This document shows positions 1 to 12,654 of a stretch of 64,000 bases of DNA, one piece after another. Each line of letters opens with the position of its first letter. Position 1 is the stretch's first letter. Source of the DNA: Paramecium tetraurelia. Its lineage: Eukaryota. A program made the translations under genes and the position numbers. Location: NCBI GenBank assembly GCA_000165425.1, contig CT868657.1:62001-126000 (forward strand), in the 5' to 3' direction. The notes beneath the pieces are model-generated. The model was given only the letters and a program-made list of their open reading frames with translations. It made no database searches and was not told the origin of the DNA.

Positions 1-89
1 AAGAAGTTTAGGAATCTGGTTCTAATGTTCTGATGAAAATCCTCAGGTATCGCGTATTCTCTGGGAAAGGGTATGGGATCAGAGTTCAT
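1..89 (-). CDS. 5' end of a gene running off the window (hypothetical)
   Basis: ATG at 89 opens MNSDPIPFPREYAIPEDFHQNIRTRFLNF..., with an in-frame TGA upstream; divergent from the NEK gene. Confidence 0.5.
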   Translation of the reverse strand, partial: MNSDPIPFPREYAIPEDFHQNIRTRFLNF

Positions 90-243
90 TTGATAATTTA
101 TATTATGTCATCCTCATTAATTAATTGTGTAATTTCAATTTCATATATAAATATCAGTGCATAACAAGTGTTTAGCATTCTTTAGTTCTCTCATTTCTAT
201 TTAATTCTCACTCAGACAATTCTACTTTAATATTTTAAATTAT

Positions 244-2276
244 ATGAAATAAAGACCTACAACTGCCAAAGTTCCAGTAACCGTAGATACCAAGGATATC
301 CATCAACTATATGAGCTTGATAGTAATTCACTTTGTCTCCAACTAGGTCGTTAATATTAATTAATTGGTAGTAATCTATCGCATTTCCTCATTTTGAACG
401 AATTGGGCAAGGGTTCATTTGGCGTTGTCTATAAGGTCAAGTCCACCTATGATGGTCTCATCTATGTCCTAAAGAAGATCAACCTCACTCATCTCAAACC
501 AAAATAACAAAGTATTACTATTTCAGATTTCTAAGCCGAAGCACTGAAGGAAGCTTAACTTCTACGTACTCTCAAACATCCAAATATTATCAGCTACTAT
601 GTGAGTTTCATTGAATAGGACAATCTTTGCATAGTAATGGAATATGCTGAAGGAGGGGATCTCTAGAAAGTACATAACACTCTTAAATAGTTACTCAAAG
701 ATTACAAGGAGAAAAGAAAATGCTTGAAAGAACCTACTATTTGGGAAATGAGTAGAGAATTGGCTTAAGCTATATAGCATTTGCATGAAAACAATATCAT
801 TCATAGAGACATTAAGACTCTTAATGTGTTCCTTACCAAAGACAAGCATGTTAAATTGGGTGATTTGGGAGTTTCTAAAATATTTAATTCTGAAATTGCC
901 TTAGATGGTACACGTGTTGGCACTCCTCTATATCTTGCCCCAGAGCTTGTCCAACATCAACCATATGACTACAAAGTCGACATATGGGCTCTGGGTTGCA
1001 TTGTATTTTAGTTGGCTACTCTGGAACCACCATTTTAAGGTGAAAATCTAATTACCTTGGGGTATAGCATCGTCAACCATTCACCTAAGCCTTTGCCATC
1101 ACAATATTCAAGCTGTAAATTTCTTAAAAATACTTTAAGAATTATCCTAATTTATTTCTAAATTATTAGAGAAAATTCCAGCATTAAGACCTAGTATATA
1201 ATAAATTAATAGTCAATTCTTTGAAAAGAAATGTCCCGAATTAAAAACCTTATTGTATTAAATATAAATAAAAAAGCCAAATTGAAGATCGTACTCTATC
1301 CAATCCAAATTAAAATTAGCATCATTATCAGAGACCTTAAACAGGCAATCTTAACAAATAAATTGCTCCCTCTATAGATATTGAAAAAGCCAATAAAATT
1401 AAAAAATCAATTTTATTAGTTGAAGGTAACTTGGATCAAATTCTAAATGGCGAGTCGAATTCAAAAGGGTAGAAATAGATTGAAGCTGATAAGATTATAA
1501 AATCGTAGCAATATTAATAGATGATAAGAGAGTAATCAGAAAAACTAGAAAAAGAGAAATTGGAAAAAGAAAGATTAGACAAGCAAAGAGAGGAGAGAAT
1601 GGAAAATGAGAAATAACTAAGATTAGAAAAATAACTATCCTCTTAACAAAAGGAGAAGTCAAATAGATTAGATAAGTTAATCCAATAAAATTAAATTCAA
1701 CTTGATTCTAATCACAACGAATACCAATTACAAAAACCGATATACAAAATACAAAATAATAAAGTCAGTCTTTACATTGAAGATTTTGATAATAAGTAAT
1801 CTTGTGATGATTAAAAGAGTGCATTCTCAGCAGAAAAACATCTTTAAATTAAATTCAAATACCAAAAGCCCATCAATACATATCAATCCAATATTCAAAT
1901 TAGACCCTTATCTGCTTAAGCAAGAAGCTCTTTTGTTAATATTTCTTCCAAATCAAAATTAATTCCAGTCTTACATCACAATTAATCAACCCAAGAACCT
2001 AAGAAATTTACAGTACTAGATTTGAATCCAGATTAGAATGAACATTCTTTTCATCAAGAAATACCTAAATTCTAACCATCTTTAATTAAATAACCTGATA
2101 CAAATGAATACCAACACATTAATAATAAAGAGATTTCACTCAATAAAACAAAGGAGAATATACGTATCAAAAGTGTATTTACTTTACAAAAAACAAATAA
2201 ACCATCTTAAAATAAATCCTAAGAACGAAATAATAAAATTATTAAACATTATACCTTAAAAGATTTGGAAGAGTGA
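244..2276 (+). CDS. NIMA-related (NEK) Ser/Thr kinase with Q/E/K-rich C-terminal tail
   Basis: LGKGSFGVVYKV, VLKKI, IVMEYAEGGDL, HRDIKTLNVFL, KLGDLG, VGTPLYLAPE, DIWALGC; short introns near 512, 670 and 1114; TGA 2274-2276. Confidence 0.9.
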
Positions 2277-2458
2277 AGAAATGAATGTAATTTGTGTTAT
2301 TATTTCTTTAAAACCTACATTGTTGTAATATTTTAATCATTAATCCTCATATTAATAACCCAATCAACAAATGGTTACTTTTCTTAATCAAACTTTGGGA
2401 TTAATTGAAATACCCAAATAATTTACATATATATATTAATATTTATTATTATTGACTA

Positions 2459-3179
2459 ATGTCCAAATCATCTAAGTCCAGTCGTAATTTTATTATAACT
2501 ACTTCATAGGGAGCAGTCCATCCAAGAGTTAACATCAGAGCCCAAGTCCAAAATCGAAATCAAATTCACATCCAAATTAAGGTTAATCACACATCATATA
2601 TCAACATTCAAAATACCTCACTATCAACTACTTCAACATTATCAACATCTAGAAAAATTATGCCTCCATGTCTCCAATCTGTCCAAGAGAGTTACCGATG
2701 CCGAGTTGAAGGAAACCTTCGAGAAGTATGGCCAAATTGAATATGCCGCTGTCTGCATGGAGCCCCGAAGCAAGGGGTAGTAATTTCCCTATCTCTAATT
2801 TACCCTAGCCCTGGCAAAGTATCTAGAGGTTTCGGATTCGTTAAATTTGCCAAAAAGGAAAGTGTCCAAATAGCACTAGAGGCAATGCAAGACAAAGAAT
2901 TGCATGGATCGAAAATTAAAGTGGAAGTTTCGAAAAGAGCTGAGCCAAGAAGAAAGACCCCAGGTCGTTATGCTGGTTATGCCTATCGTCGCTCTCGATC
3001 TAGATCACATAGAAGAAGAAGATCTATATCATCTGACTCTTACTCAAGTAGTCGTAGAAGACACCATAGGCATTAAATTATTATATATTATCAGTCGTCG
3101 ACGACACTATAAAAGAAGATCACTTTCAAAATCCCCTTCAAGAAGTCCAAGTTAGAGTCACAGAAGGAGAAGAAGATGA
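2459..3179 (+). CDS. RRM + RS-domain splicing factor (Tra2/SR45a-like)
   Basis: LHVSNLS (RNP2), SRGFGFVKF (RNP1), post-RRM RAEPRRKTPGRYAG resembling the Tra2/SR45a TPG-Y-G linker, RS-rich tail. Confidence 0.8.
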
Positions 3180-4188
3180 ACAATTAGATAATATTTCAAA
3201 TTATCACAAAATAATTTTATCTTTTATATTTGTACTCTTCTTCCGATATTTTATATATTTAGATGAGTTTATCAGTTCTATACTATCATTTTTGAACAAT
3301 CCTTAATTAGAAATATAAAAAGAAACTTTTCACTTTTCTTTTAATAATTAGACATTTTATAATTATTTTCCTATATAATCAAAATTCACTATAAACAAAA
3401 AAATTCAAATTAAATATTTAAAAATTTATTAATAATCTGTAATATGAAATCATTTAACATTATTCATAAACAAATACCCTTTATTCTTCATTTTTTATTA
3501 AAATTCTTGGATGTAAAACTTAGATGACAACAGAAAAGAAGCAATTCATGCATATTTTAGAATTTCGATAATATCTATGAGATCAAATTTAGAAACACGT
3601 TTGTTATGTAATTTTCATTGAGGATGGCCTTGATGAGTAGTGTATCATGTTAACATTCGCTTTTAATTCTAATATCAACACAATAAATAGTTTTTGTTTT
3701 AACAAAATATTAATAGTCTAAATTACCATATAAAATGAAATATAAAAATTATAATAAAAATTTTGAAAATATCTTGTTTATTTCTTGCTTGTTTTTGATT
3801 ATTTATAAAAAAAACTGGGTGGCTAGTTATGGTTGCATCTTGTAGAGCAGAGATTCAGTGATATTATAAAAAAAGTAGTCTTTTCAAAGGGATGGAGAGG
3901 GAAGGGTTTCGATCAACATACGACAACTAGTTTGGAGTTGCATATAGATTGTAAATATTGTCTTTTGAAGGTTTGGAAGTGGATTAAGGGGGGACTTGAA
4001 AAAAGGGAATAAATTTAAATATTATAAAATTTTTATAAAAAATAGTTAAATTTTATAACAAATTAGAGTAAAAGTGCATCATTTTTTAATGACACACTAT
4101 TTGTTTGTATTATGATATTTGAGTTTATGAGGTTTTATAATAATTAGCAATAAGATATATTTTTTTCAAATAAAACATTATAAAAAAA

Positions 4189-5832
4189 ATGGAGTAACAA
4201 GATGCATCATCAATTGCATAAAATAACTTGACTGGACTGGCAACAGTGCATGGAGCAAACGAACAAAACAAACTACTTCATAAATTGAGTGATTAAAGCA
4301 GTCCAATGAAAACAGACCTCTAAATAAATGTCAATAAAGATATTTATTCAGAGGAGGAAATGAGGAACTTTACAAAAAGAGGAATAATTTCATTGATAGG
4401 AGGTGTAATTCTACACATAGAATTGGGAACATTTTATGTTTGGGGATCAATTAGTAATAAATTAAAAATAATTATTTTTAGGTCCATATGTTTGCGCTTG
4501 GATGAGAGAGAAAGACAAGGATGTCACACTAAATTTCATGGCAATCATATTTCCAATCCTAGGAATCATTACTATGTCAGTCCTTTCATTTGGTATAAAG
4601 ATTGCTGAAAAAATTGGATTTAAAGTTACAATAGGGATAGGATCATTCACTATTGCATTGGCTTTCTTGATTATATCATTTATCTAACACATAGGAGGAT
4701 TTATAGCGGTGTATTGTATAATGGTTGGCATTTCTGGAGGGTTATTATACATGCTACCAATAATTTGTGGATGGAGATACTTCCCTAACCGAAGAGGTTT
4801 AGTATCAGGAATGACAATCGGGGGTTATGGATTTGGATCATTCATCTTCAATTTCGTATGCAAAGCAGTAGCAAATCCCAACAATCTGAAGCCATCAGTA
4901 ATAGAAGTGGAGGATGGCAAAGATGTGAAATACTTCGACAGTGAAGTAGGAGACAAAGTTCCATTGATGTTGCAAGTCCTTGCTGCAAGCTATTTTGGAT
5001 TGGGAATTATCGCAACAATAATGGTTAGATACCCAGCTGAAATCGATCCAGATAAAATGTTGGCTACCTTAGAGGCTGAAGAAAAGAAGAAAAGAAAAGA
5101 AGGAGCTCCTGCCCCTCCTCCTCCAGTTTTACCAGCTCATAAAGAATGTGTTGAAATGTAAGACTTCATATTTATTTCTTTAGTAAACGAGGAATGAAAC
5201 ATCCATCCTTTGTGCTTCTCCAATTAATTGTATTGATGTCCTGTACTTTTGGTATGTTGATATCTAATTGCTATAAATACTACGGATTAGAGTTGGGAAT
5301 TGATGATGCTACACTAACAGCCACTGGTTCAGTCGCAGGAGTAATGAATGGATCGTCAAGATTCTTCTGGGCCACTCTAACAGATAAGACTTCATACAAA
5401 TTCACCTTTACAATCATATCAATTCTCAATCTCATCACAACTGCCATATTGCCATACAATAAAGATGGAATTGGCTATCTCTTACTGATTGCTGTAGTCT
5501 ATCTTGCAGAAGGTGGACTATTGGCTACTTATCCAGTTATTTGTGCTAAAATCTATGGAAAGAAAATTGGAGGTCTCATGTATGGATTCATGTTCTTCTT
5601 TGTTGGAGTAGCTAATATGATTGGATACATACTATATGCTTTTGCAAGAAAGAAAATCAAATGGGAAGGAGTGTTTTGGATTTGTTTTGCATTGAATGTC
5701 ATCGGAATCATTTTGGGTTTGGTTCTTAAGGAAGTGGGCTATGATTGGAGAGATTAGGCAGTGATCGATGCAGAGAAGGAAAAGGAGAAGGAATTACAAA
5801 ACAAAGGACAATTGGCTGCATTTTAAAATTGA
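4189..5832 (+). CDS. MFS transporter, oxalate:formate antiporter (OFA)-like
   Basis: About 12 hydrophobic segments; LGTFYVWG, YFPNRRGLVSGMTIGGYGFGS, NGSSRFFWATLTDK; introns near 4454 and 5158. Confidence 0.88.
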
Positions 5833-5958
5833 ATTAGTATTATTTTTGGTTTCTTTTTATTTAAGACTACTTATGTCTAAATGTTTGTTGTTCAAACTAA
5901 ATTACATATTAAATAATTATTTTCAATCCTATATAAAAAAAATCGCAAATGGATAAAA

Positions 5959-7681
5959 ATGGAGAATCAATCTTCACTTCAGAGTTCTGGAGAGAGATAA
6001 ATGAACAATATTTCATCGTCTAATCTCCAGTTTAAATAGCAGATATTGATATTCTAAAAAGCAAATGTATTGTTATTCTCAATCAAAGTAGCTTGGAATT
6101 GCAAAAAATCAAAATGTCTAAAACTTCTAAATAAGCTTATTAGGTAGAACAATCGAACAAAGCTATTCCAAGCAAACCTGAATAATGTAAAAACAAGAGT
6201 GCAATTGCTCTTCCTGCAGAGACAATCAACATAGGAACCCATTTAAAATTTAATGGATGAAATGATAGACTAGGTTTGTTTCTCTCATTTGACAGCTGGA
6301 TTATAGCAAGCCGAAGAATTAATAAAAAATATATCTCAATCATCAGAATCATAGCAATTGTAAATTTACAATAAAGAAGCATATGTATTATCAAATTTGA
6401 TGCATCAAATTGATTGGCCAGATGAGTTAAGTATTTCAATAGAGCAACATCAGCAATAACTCAATGAACTAACCAGCAATAACAAAGATGCATTGCAGAG
6501 GTATTCAAAAATACAATCTATTTTAGTTTGGAATAACACACTCATTAGATAAACTTAACTGTATTATATACCTACAACAGTCAACAAGTTGGGGAATAAA
6601 GATTGAAATTGACAAGATAAAGAATGCCAAATTATCAACATGAATTGACTTTGTTAAAATAAGAAATCATATCATTGCAGGATTATTAATTGGCTGAAAG
6701 TGTTGGCAAGGCGACCTTCAATGAATATAGTAATTATCAAATTAACCTTCTCAGATAATACCATTACTGTAATCTTTGATAAATATTTGACGTCGATTCC
6801 AATTACTTTAAGCTTAGAGGATTTTGGTAATCTCCAGAAATTACGAGAGCAACCATACGATTTGTCAACTTAGCAGTGCGGACTCAGGTCAGATGTATAT
6901 CAAAGAGTATGATTGTAGGATGTATTTGAAATGTAAATGTGCCATTATTGTAAAGAGATGGTCGAAATCAAAAATCTCAAATAGTGCCAATACAATCATT
7001 TTTCAATGGGACTCCATGAATACAATGAAGATTTTTTGGTTTGCTAAAGATATTAAATAAATAGCAAATAAACGCAATAATATTTTCTAGATCTGTATTC
7101 TGAAAATTACGTCATTGAAGGTAATAGCATCATAAACTATCCTAGATAAACAAATTATGTGTCAAAGATACTTTTGCTTAAAATGTTTAAAGTATGATTT
7201 TGATTCTTATGAAATTACATCCCATCTATGGATTTGTCCCCTATGCAAAGTATTATTTCATCTATGGATTTAGGGTTTATGCACTTGCATACGATGTGAA
7301 AGAAATGACATGATTTATAAGTTGAAAAGACAATTCTTAGAGTTGAATGGAGATTTGGAAGAGATTTACAAATCGTCATACTTTGAGAGTTTGGTCAAAG
7401 AGAAAAGAAAATAATTGTCAGAAATACCTTTGGAGTTCTTAAAAGTTCATAGGAACGAATAAGAAGAAACACTATCTTAAAAGAGTAATAAAAGATAATT
7501 TCAAGTAAATTCAATAAGAAGGAAGATTAAAAAAGAGGATTCACATCTAGTTAATAAATGTCATAAACTATATTAAGTAGAAAGCTCATCCTCTTCACTG
7601 AAAATAAAGAGATCAAAAGAAACAACATACAATACAATTAGTAGTATAGATTCAATTCATTCACAATTGTATATTTAATGA
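5959..7681 (+). CDS. zf-4CXXC_R1 (CDCA7/R1-type) zinc-finger protein
   Basis: CHYC...QC...CQRYFCLKCL...WICPLCK|GLCTCIRC in the C-terminal half; TGA 7679-7681. Confidence 0.75.
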
Positions 7682-8676
7682 TTTGTTAATTTATTTGTAA
7701 TTACTTTTGATATACAATTTAAATTTCTATTAAATATTTCTTATATTAGTTATTATAAATTGCAAATCAAATTTATCACTATTTCAGAAATTATCCAATC
7801 TTAAAAAAAGTGTAAGAAAGTGTAATAGTGATATTAGAAAACCTGTTTACTGAAGACAAAAATTGTATAGGGTATTCAATAGGGGAATAAAATTTAGATA
7901 ATAATAATATAAATTATAATTACAAAAACTGAATAAATCATTTATTGACAATTTAGTCCCTTAGTTTAAGATGTAAAATTATAAATAAAGATATATAATT
8001 AAAACGAAGGCTATTTTCGAAGTGCCAAATCACACTATTACTCATATCTTAGTTCAAAATGATATAAGAATTAAAATGCAGTAATTTCCTCTTTAATTCT
8101 AGGCTTATTGTGGTTAAAAGCCAACCTTGACTTATAATATAAAGAAACTATTTATTACTGTTACTTGAATAAGAATGAAACACCTAATCCATAGTTAAAT
8201 GTGCATTTTCTGCAGTCCTTTGAATCTAAGAGTTTTAATTTGAAGATTAATTATTGATTGCATTTGATCAATTAATGGTTATTTATAATGATTGTTCAAC
8301 CTTTCAGTAAAGAATCAAGCAAATTATATAAAAATAATTCAATATAATATATCCATCTATTTAATTTATTTTATCAAGTAAAATTTGTATATAATATTAA
8401 TAAGTATGGATAAAAAAACGAAATCGTATAGATAAACTAAAGGGAAAGAAGTTTTAGTTACTAAAATTAGTGAAATGAGACGAAGAATACTAATTGATCC
8501 AAAGAATAGCCCATATAAAATCATCTATCATAGACTAATAACCCGCTTAATACAGCTTATGGTTTATATGTATGAGAACTGAGATTAAAGCTCAGTTATT
8601 TCAAAATATCTTTATTAATAATAAATATAGTCTTTGTTATGATTTATATAACTTATAAGAAAAATGTTATTATGTA

Positions 8677-9328
8677 TCAGTCAATTAATGATTTTATTTA
8701 ATGTGTTATTTTCTCTATTTCTGAGTCCAATCGTTCAATTTAATTAAGCAATCTGTAATCATAATCTTTCTCTTTTCCTTTTATCTTCTTTTACATTTTG
8801 CATAAATTCTTTTATTTCTCTCTTATTTTCTTCTCTATCTCTTTTACTCTCTCTGCATTTTTTTACTATCTTTTTTAAATGAAATTTGAATTAATTTCAT
8901 AATCGTTCTCTTAATCGTATTCAAATGATTAATTTTACGAACTAGTATGAGATTGTTCTTTAACTAATTTGTTTATGAGTTAATTTTAACGTCTGATCTA
9001 ATATAATAAATCAAAGGAATACTTCTTATATTTGTTATTTGTAATCATTAACTAAATTTATGTTATCCTTTAACTAAGTCATTAAGAGATGATGATCTTG
9101 ATCATCCAATGAGACCGATTGAGACATCTCTTGATATCCACCAATTTCAATCTCATTATTTCTGATCATAACCAATTACTCTAATTCTGCTATCATTCCC
9201 AAAGATTCTTAATATGCTTTTTATTTTGACAGAGTTATTTCATAATTGTATTCCAATTCCAACTCTAATCGTTTCAAGGCTTTTTATAGGCTTCCGAATA
9301 TTTTTTCTGCTTAATCTTGAAAAGTCAT
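8677..9328 (-). CDS. Hypothetical coiled-coil protein
   Basis: MTFQDQAEKIFGSL..., one ~25 nt intron near 9000, E/K/Q-rich, TGA at 8677. Confidence 0.7.
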
Positions 9329-9423
9329 AGCTGTTAAAATGAGAAAAATTAAAATTATTTAAATTTCCTTTTTTTGTTGCTTTTATTTTAATATATAAAT
9401 ATTAATTAAGTGATATCTTCTCC

Positions 9424-10078
9424 TCAGTATTGAATTGTGTTCAAACCTGCCTGTATCATACTTTTTTTCCTCTCGTTCTGTTTTGAATAGGAACCCTGAC
9501 TCAGTATTTAAGATTTTATGAGAGGATTGACTTTTTATTGATCAACCGATTGAGATTTTGAGCAATAATATCTTTGTTATATCTATTGCAGTGGTTCTTT
9601 GTTTTAGAAATGATATTCAGTATTTTCCATTTTATATTGACCTAATTATCATATTAATTATCTTACATAGCGCCTCTTTTGGGATGATGATCAATTAGTA
9701 ATCATTTAGATTAAAATTTGTTGATCCTGTCTTTGATAAGGTCTGCATTTAGTTGTTATTAAGATCTATTTATGATTTTGACATATTGAGATTAGAGTTT
9801 GGAGTTGGAGGAGATGCTAAAGAAGACTTTCTATGGTGAAATGAGCTGATATTTGTTATTATCTTTGGATCCTTGCTCTTTGGTGTAAAATCATTAGAAT
9901 AGGGGGACTGTTTCTCAGTATCAGAAATTGTATGACTTGCAGTTGTAGCTAGCAATTAGCTACAACTCTAAAAGGCATGTAGCTTTTCGATAGGATTGCC
10001 ACTTGATTTAATAATTCCACTTATCCCTTCTTTATTCATAGTTTATGTCCTGCCCTTGAATCGAGTTAAAAAATCCAT
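9424..10078 (-). CDS. Hypothetical low-complexity protein
   Basis: MDFLTRFKGRTQ... open in ciliate code, S/P-rich, TGA at 9424. Confidence 0.65.
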
Positions 10079-10220
10079 TGATTATTTAATTATGAATGAG
10101 TAAAAGAGATAAATCAAATATTTATAGCCATCAAAATTATTTTATCTCAAAGATATAATTTCAAGACTATTTCATCATGTTTTACATATAAAATTAAGCA
10201 TTACTTTTTAATATATTATT

Positions 10221-11826
10221 ATGTAATTTATAAAAAATTTAGTTAATAAGTCTGCGGATTAATTAATCTCTATTGAAGGAAAAGTAATTGGTCTAGAACA
10301 TTAGAAATGGAACTAAATTAATTTAATCATAATAACAATATCCATCGAGAAAGAGTAATTTAAGGTATATGGTTTCATCTCAATATAAAAATTGGATTTG
10401 TAGATTGGGTTTAAGTATGAATTCACAAAAGTACAAGTAGGCACTATGAACAACCAATTTTGCGGCTTACTTTCTACTCAATCTAGGATCTATTGTGATA
10501 GACAGGATATCTTGGAGATGGAAAAGTACAAGTCTGAAATATTTGATAAACATCCGAAGTAGTCAATAGAAATTGAGAAATCTGATAAATATATCACTAA
10601 TCCTTATGTGATCAATTTGAATGATTATTTGTCATAAGAGGAATTTCAACTTGAGGGGACAATGCTATATAAAATCAAATAAAAATTACATAATTTAAAA
10701 ATATCCACTTTGGTAGGTTATATTTACAAGGTGAATACAGATCAAAAGAGAATATTAAATTTAGGTATTGTAGATGATGTGACTCACTCTCCATGTGAGA
10801 TTGATCTGCAATATAATGATTAATCATAATTAGCTAATTATAAATTGGGCTAGAAAATTAGCTTTACAAATTTATAAAAGCAGAGTAGAGTAATCTAAAA
10901 TTAGTTTAAGGGATTCATAGAGGATTAGTAGGTAGTGTAATTTGATATAATAACTATGGAGAACTAATAAATTAATCTATTATCATTGCTAAGGAAATTA
11001 AAAACATTCAGTATTTTACCATATTCTCAATTGAGTGACATAAAACCTTATACAATAGATAGAAAACTAAGAAAATTTAAGGTAGACACAGTCAAAATCT
11101 ATTCAGTACTTTTCTAATATACATGTTCTATTTGCAAAGGGAGTGTGAAATCGTAGCAAAACCAAGTATATTAATGTGAAAGTTGTTTATCCTTTGTGGA
11201 TCTCAAAGATTGCGCTTGGGAAATTCTGGCTTTGGTATAAATAAGAGTGGGTACTCAGATGGCCTTATTAAAATTGAGAGATCGTCTGGTTTTTGAATTT
11301 TTCGAAATATCTCCATTTTATGAATAGTTTTTATAGAATTACAGTCTCACAACAGGTACTTCTTTGTGATAGTTAGAAAATAATGCTTTGAAATAGGAAC
11401 AAACAGAAGATGATGAGAAGTTAAGATATCTATTTGATGCTTTTTATAAGTCATTTGCCTGTAAGGAGATTTTGGGATAGGCATATTGCGATTTTATAAA
11501 GACAGCCAAGACGAAGTATGAATGGCCATTTATTTATTCTTAGGGAGAAGTGGAAATAGATAAATAAATTAAAAAAGCAATAATTGTAAACCATGAATTT
11601 TGACTTTGAATACAAATTTGTGGATTACTAGGCCTGGATTGAGAAGAATGAATATGAAAAGCTGATAATTTTTCCTAATGGTGCGTATGAATAAGTTTTG
11701 AAAAACAACAACTCAGAAAAATGGTATGAGAACAGGGTGCTGGAGCCTTTGATATGTTTAGAGTGTTATGGAGTTTAAAATGTCAGTATCAACTATTATA
11801 AATACATAGCATCTGCTATATAATGA
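10221..11826 (+). CDS. Multi OB-fold protein with C4 zinc ribbon (RPA1-C / CTC1-like ssDNA-binding protein)
   Basis: OB-like strands (LISIEGKVIGLE; STLVGYIYKV...YKLGQKISFTNL), then YTCSICK...YQCESC and LVQIRVGTQMALLKL; one 28 nt intron near 11516. Confidence 0.6.
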
Positions 11827-11861
11827 TTTTAATCGATTTAATTTATTTAGTATTTTTCGTT

Positions 11862-12603
11862 ATGAATTAATGTTTGAATAATAAGAGCAAGGCCATTATA
11901 ATCAAATAACCTGATCCCACCTTCATGAGAGCTTTAAATTTAGGCAAGCACACCAAATCAAATAACTAAATACCAAAAGAGCAGTAATAAATAGCTACTC
12001 AAAGAACTTAAAGAACCATCATACCTTCAATGTATGGGAGAATGTTAATATTTAAATAGAAAATCAATCTCAAATAAAAACAGCTAAGAAAAGATTAGAG
12101 TTTACGATGTGTTCAAATAGATTCCAAGGAATAAGAGCCAATCTTATCATAATCACATTAATAAAATGGATGAGTCAAGAGAAATACTAAGTAAACTTAA
12201 TTAGCAGAAATAAATCAATGTTGGTAAATATTTTAAGTTTAAATGAAGTAAAGATTGTTAAAAAACATCTAGATTTATAGAACCAGTCTTAACAACTCAT
12301 AGAGTTGATCTCCCTCCTTCAAACAAAAAAAGATCATATAGCAATGCTTAGACTATAGATAAGTTATTTAAGATGAATGACAATTCAATATCCTATATTA
12401 AACCACCTCTAGAAACTCAAAGGAAAATCTCTAAAATTAAGACTAATTTAAAATTATAAAGAGATGATAATATATTAGATTTGTTACTATTAAACACTTG
12501 TGAATTAAAAAAAAAATTGTCCAATAAATCTAGTAACAACAACAGTTTTATTTGTGTAAGACCTGGGAAGCTGCCAAAAGACTTCTTTATTTATAATTAA
12601 TGA
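11862..12603 (+). CDS. Hypothetical protein
   Basis: ATG 11862 to TGA 12601, open in ciliate code with a probable intron near 12224. Confidence 0.6.
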
Positions 12604-12654
12604 TATATAATTAATAATAATATACGAAATTATAAAGAATGTAATTAGTTTAAA

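Noticed and set aside
3985..4000. AAGTCCCC on the minus strand resembling RNase MRP CR-I
   Set aside because: No preceding GRAA and no complementary CR-V segment found
10360..10405. Suspected frameshift in the OB-fold gene
   Set aside because: Recounting the A-run shows the frame is continuous (KVYGFISIQKLDLQIG)
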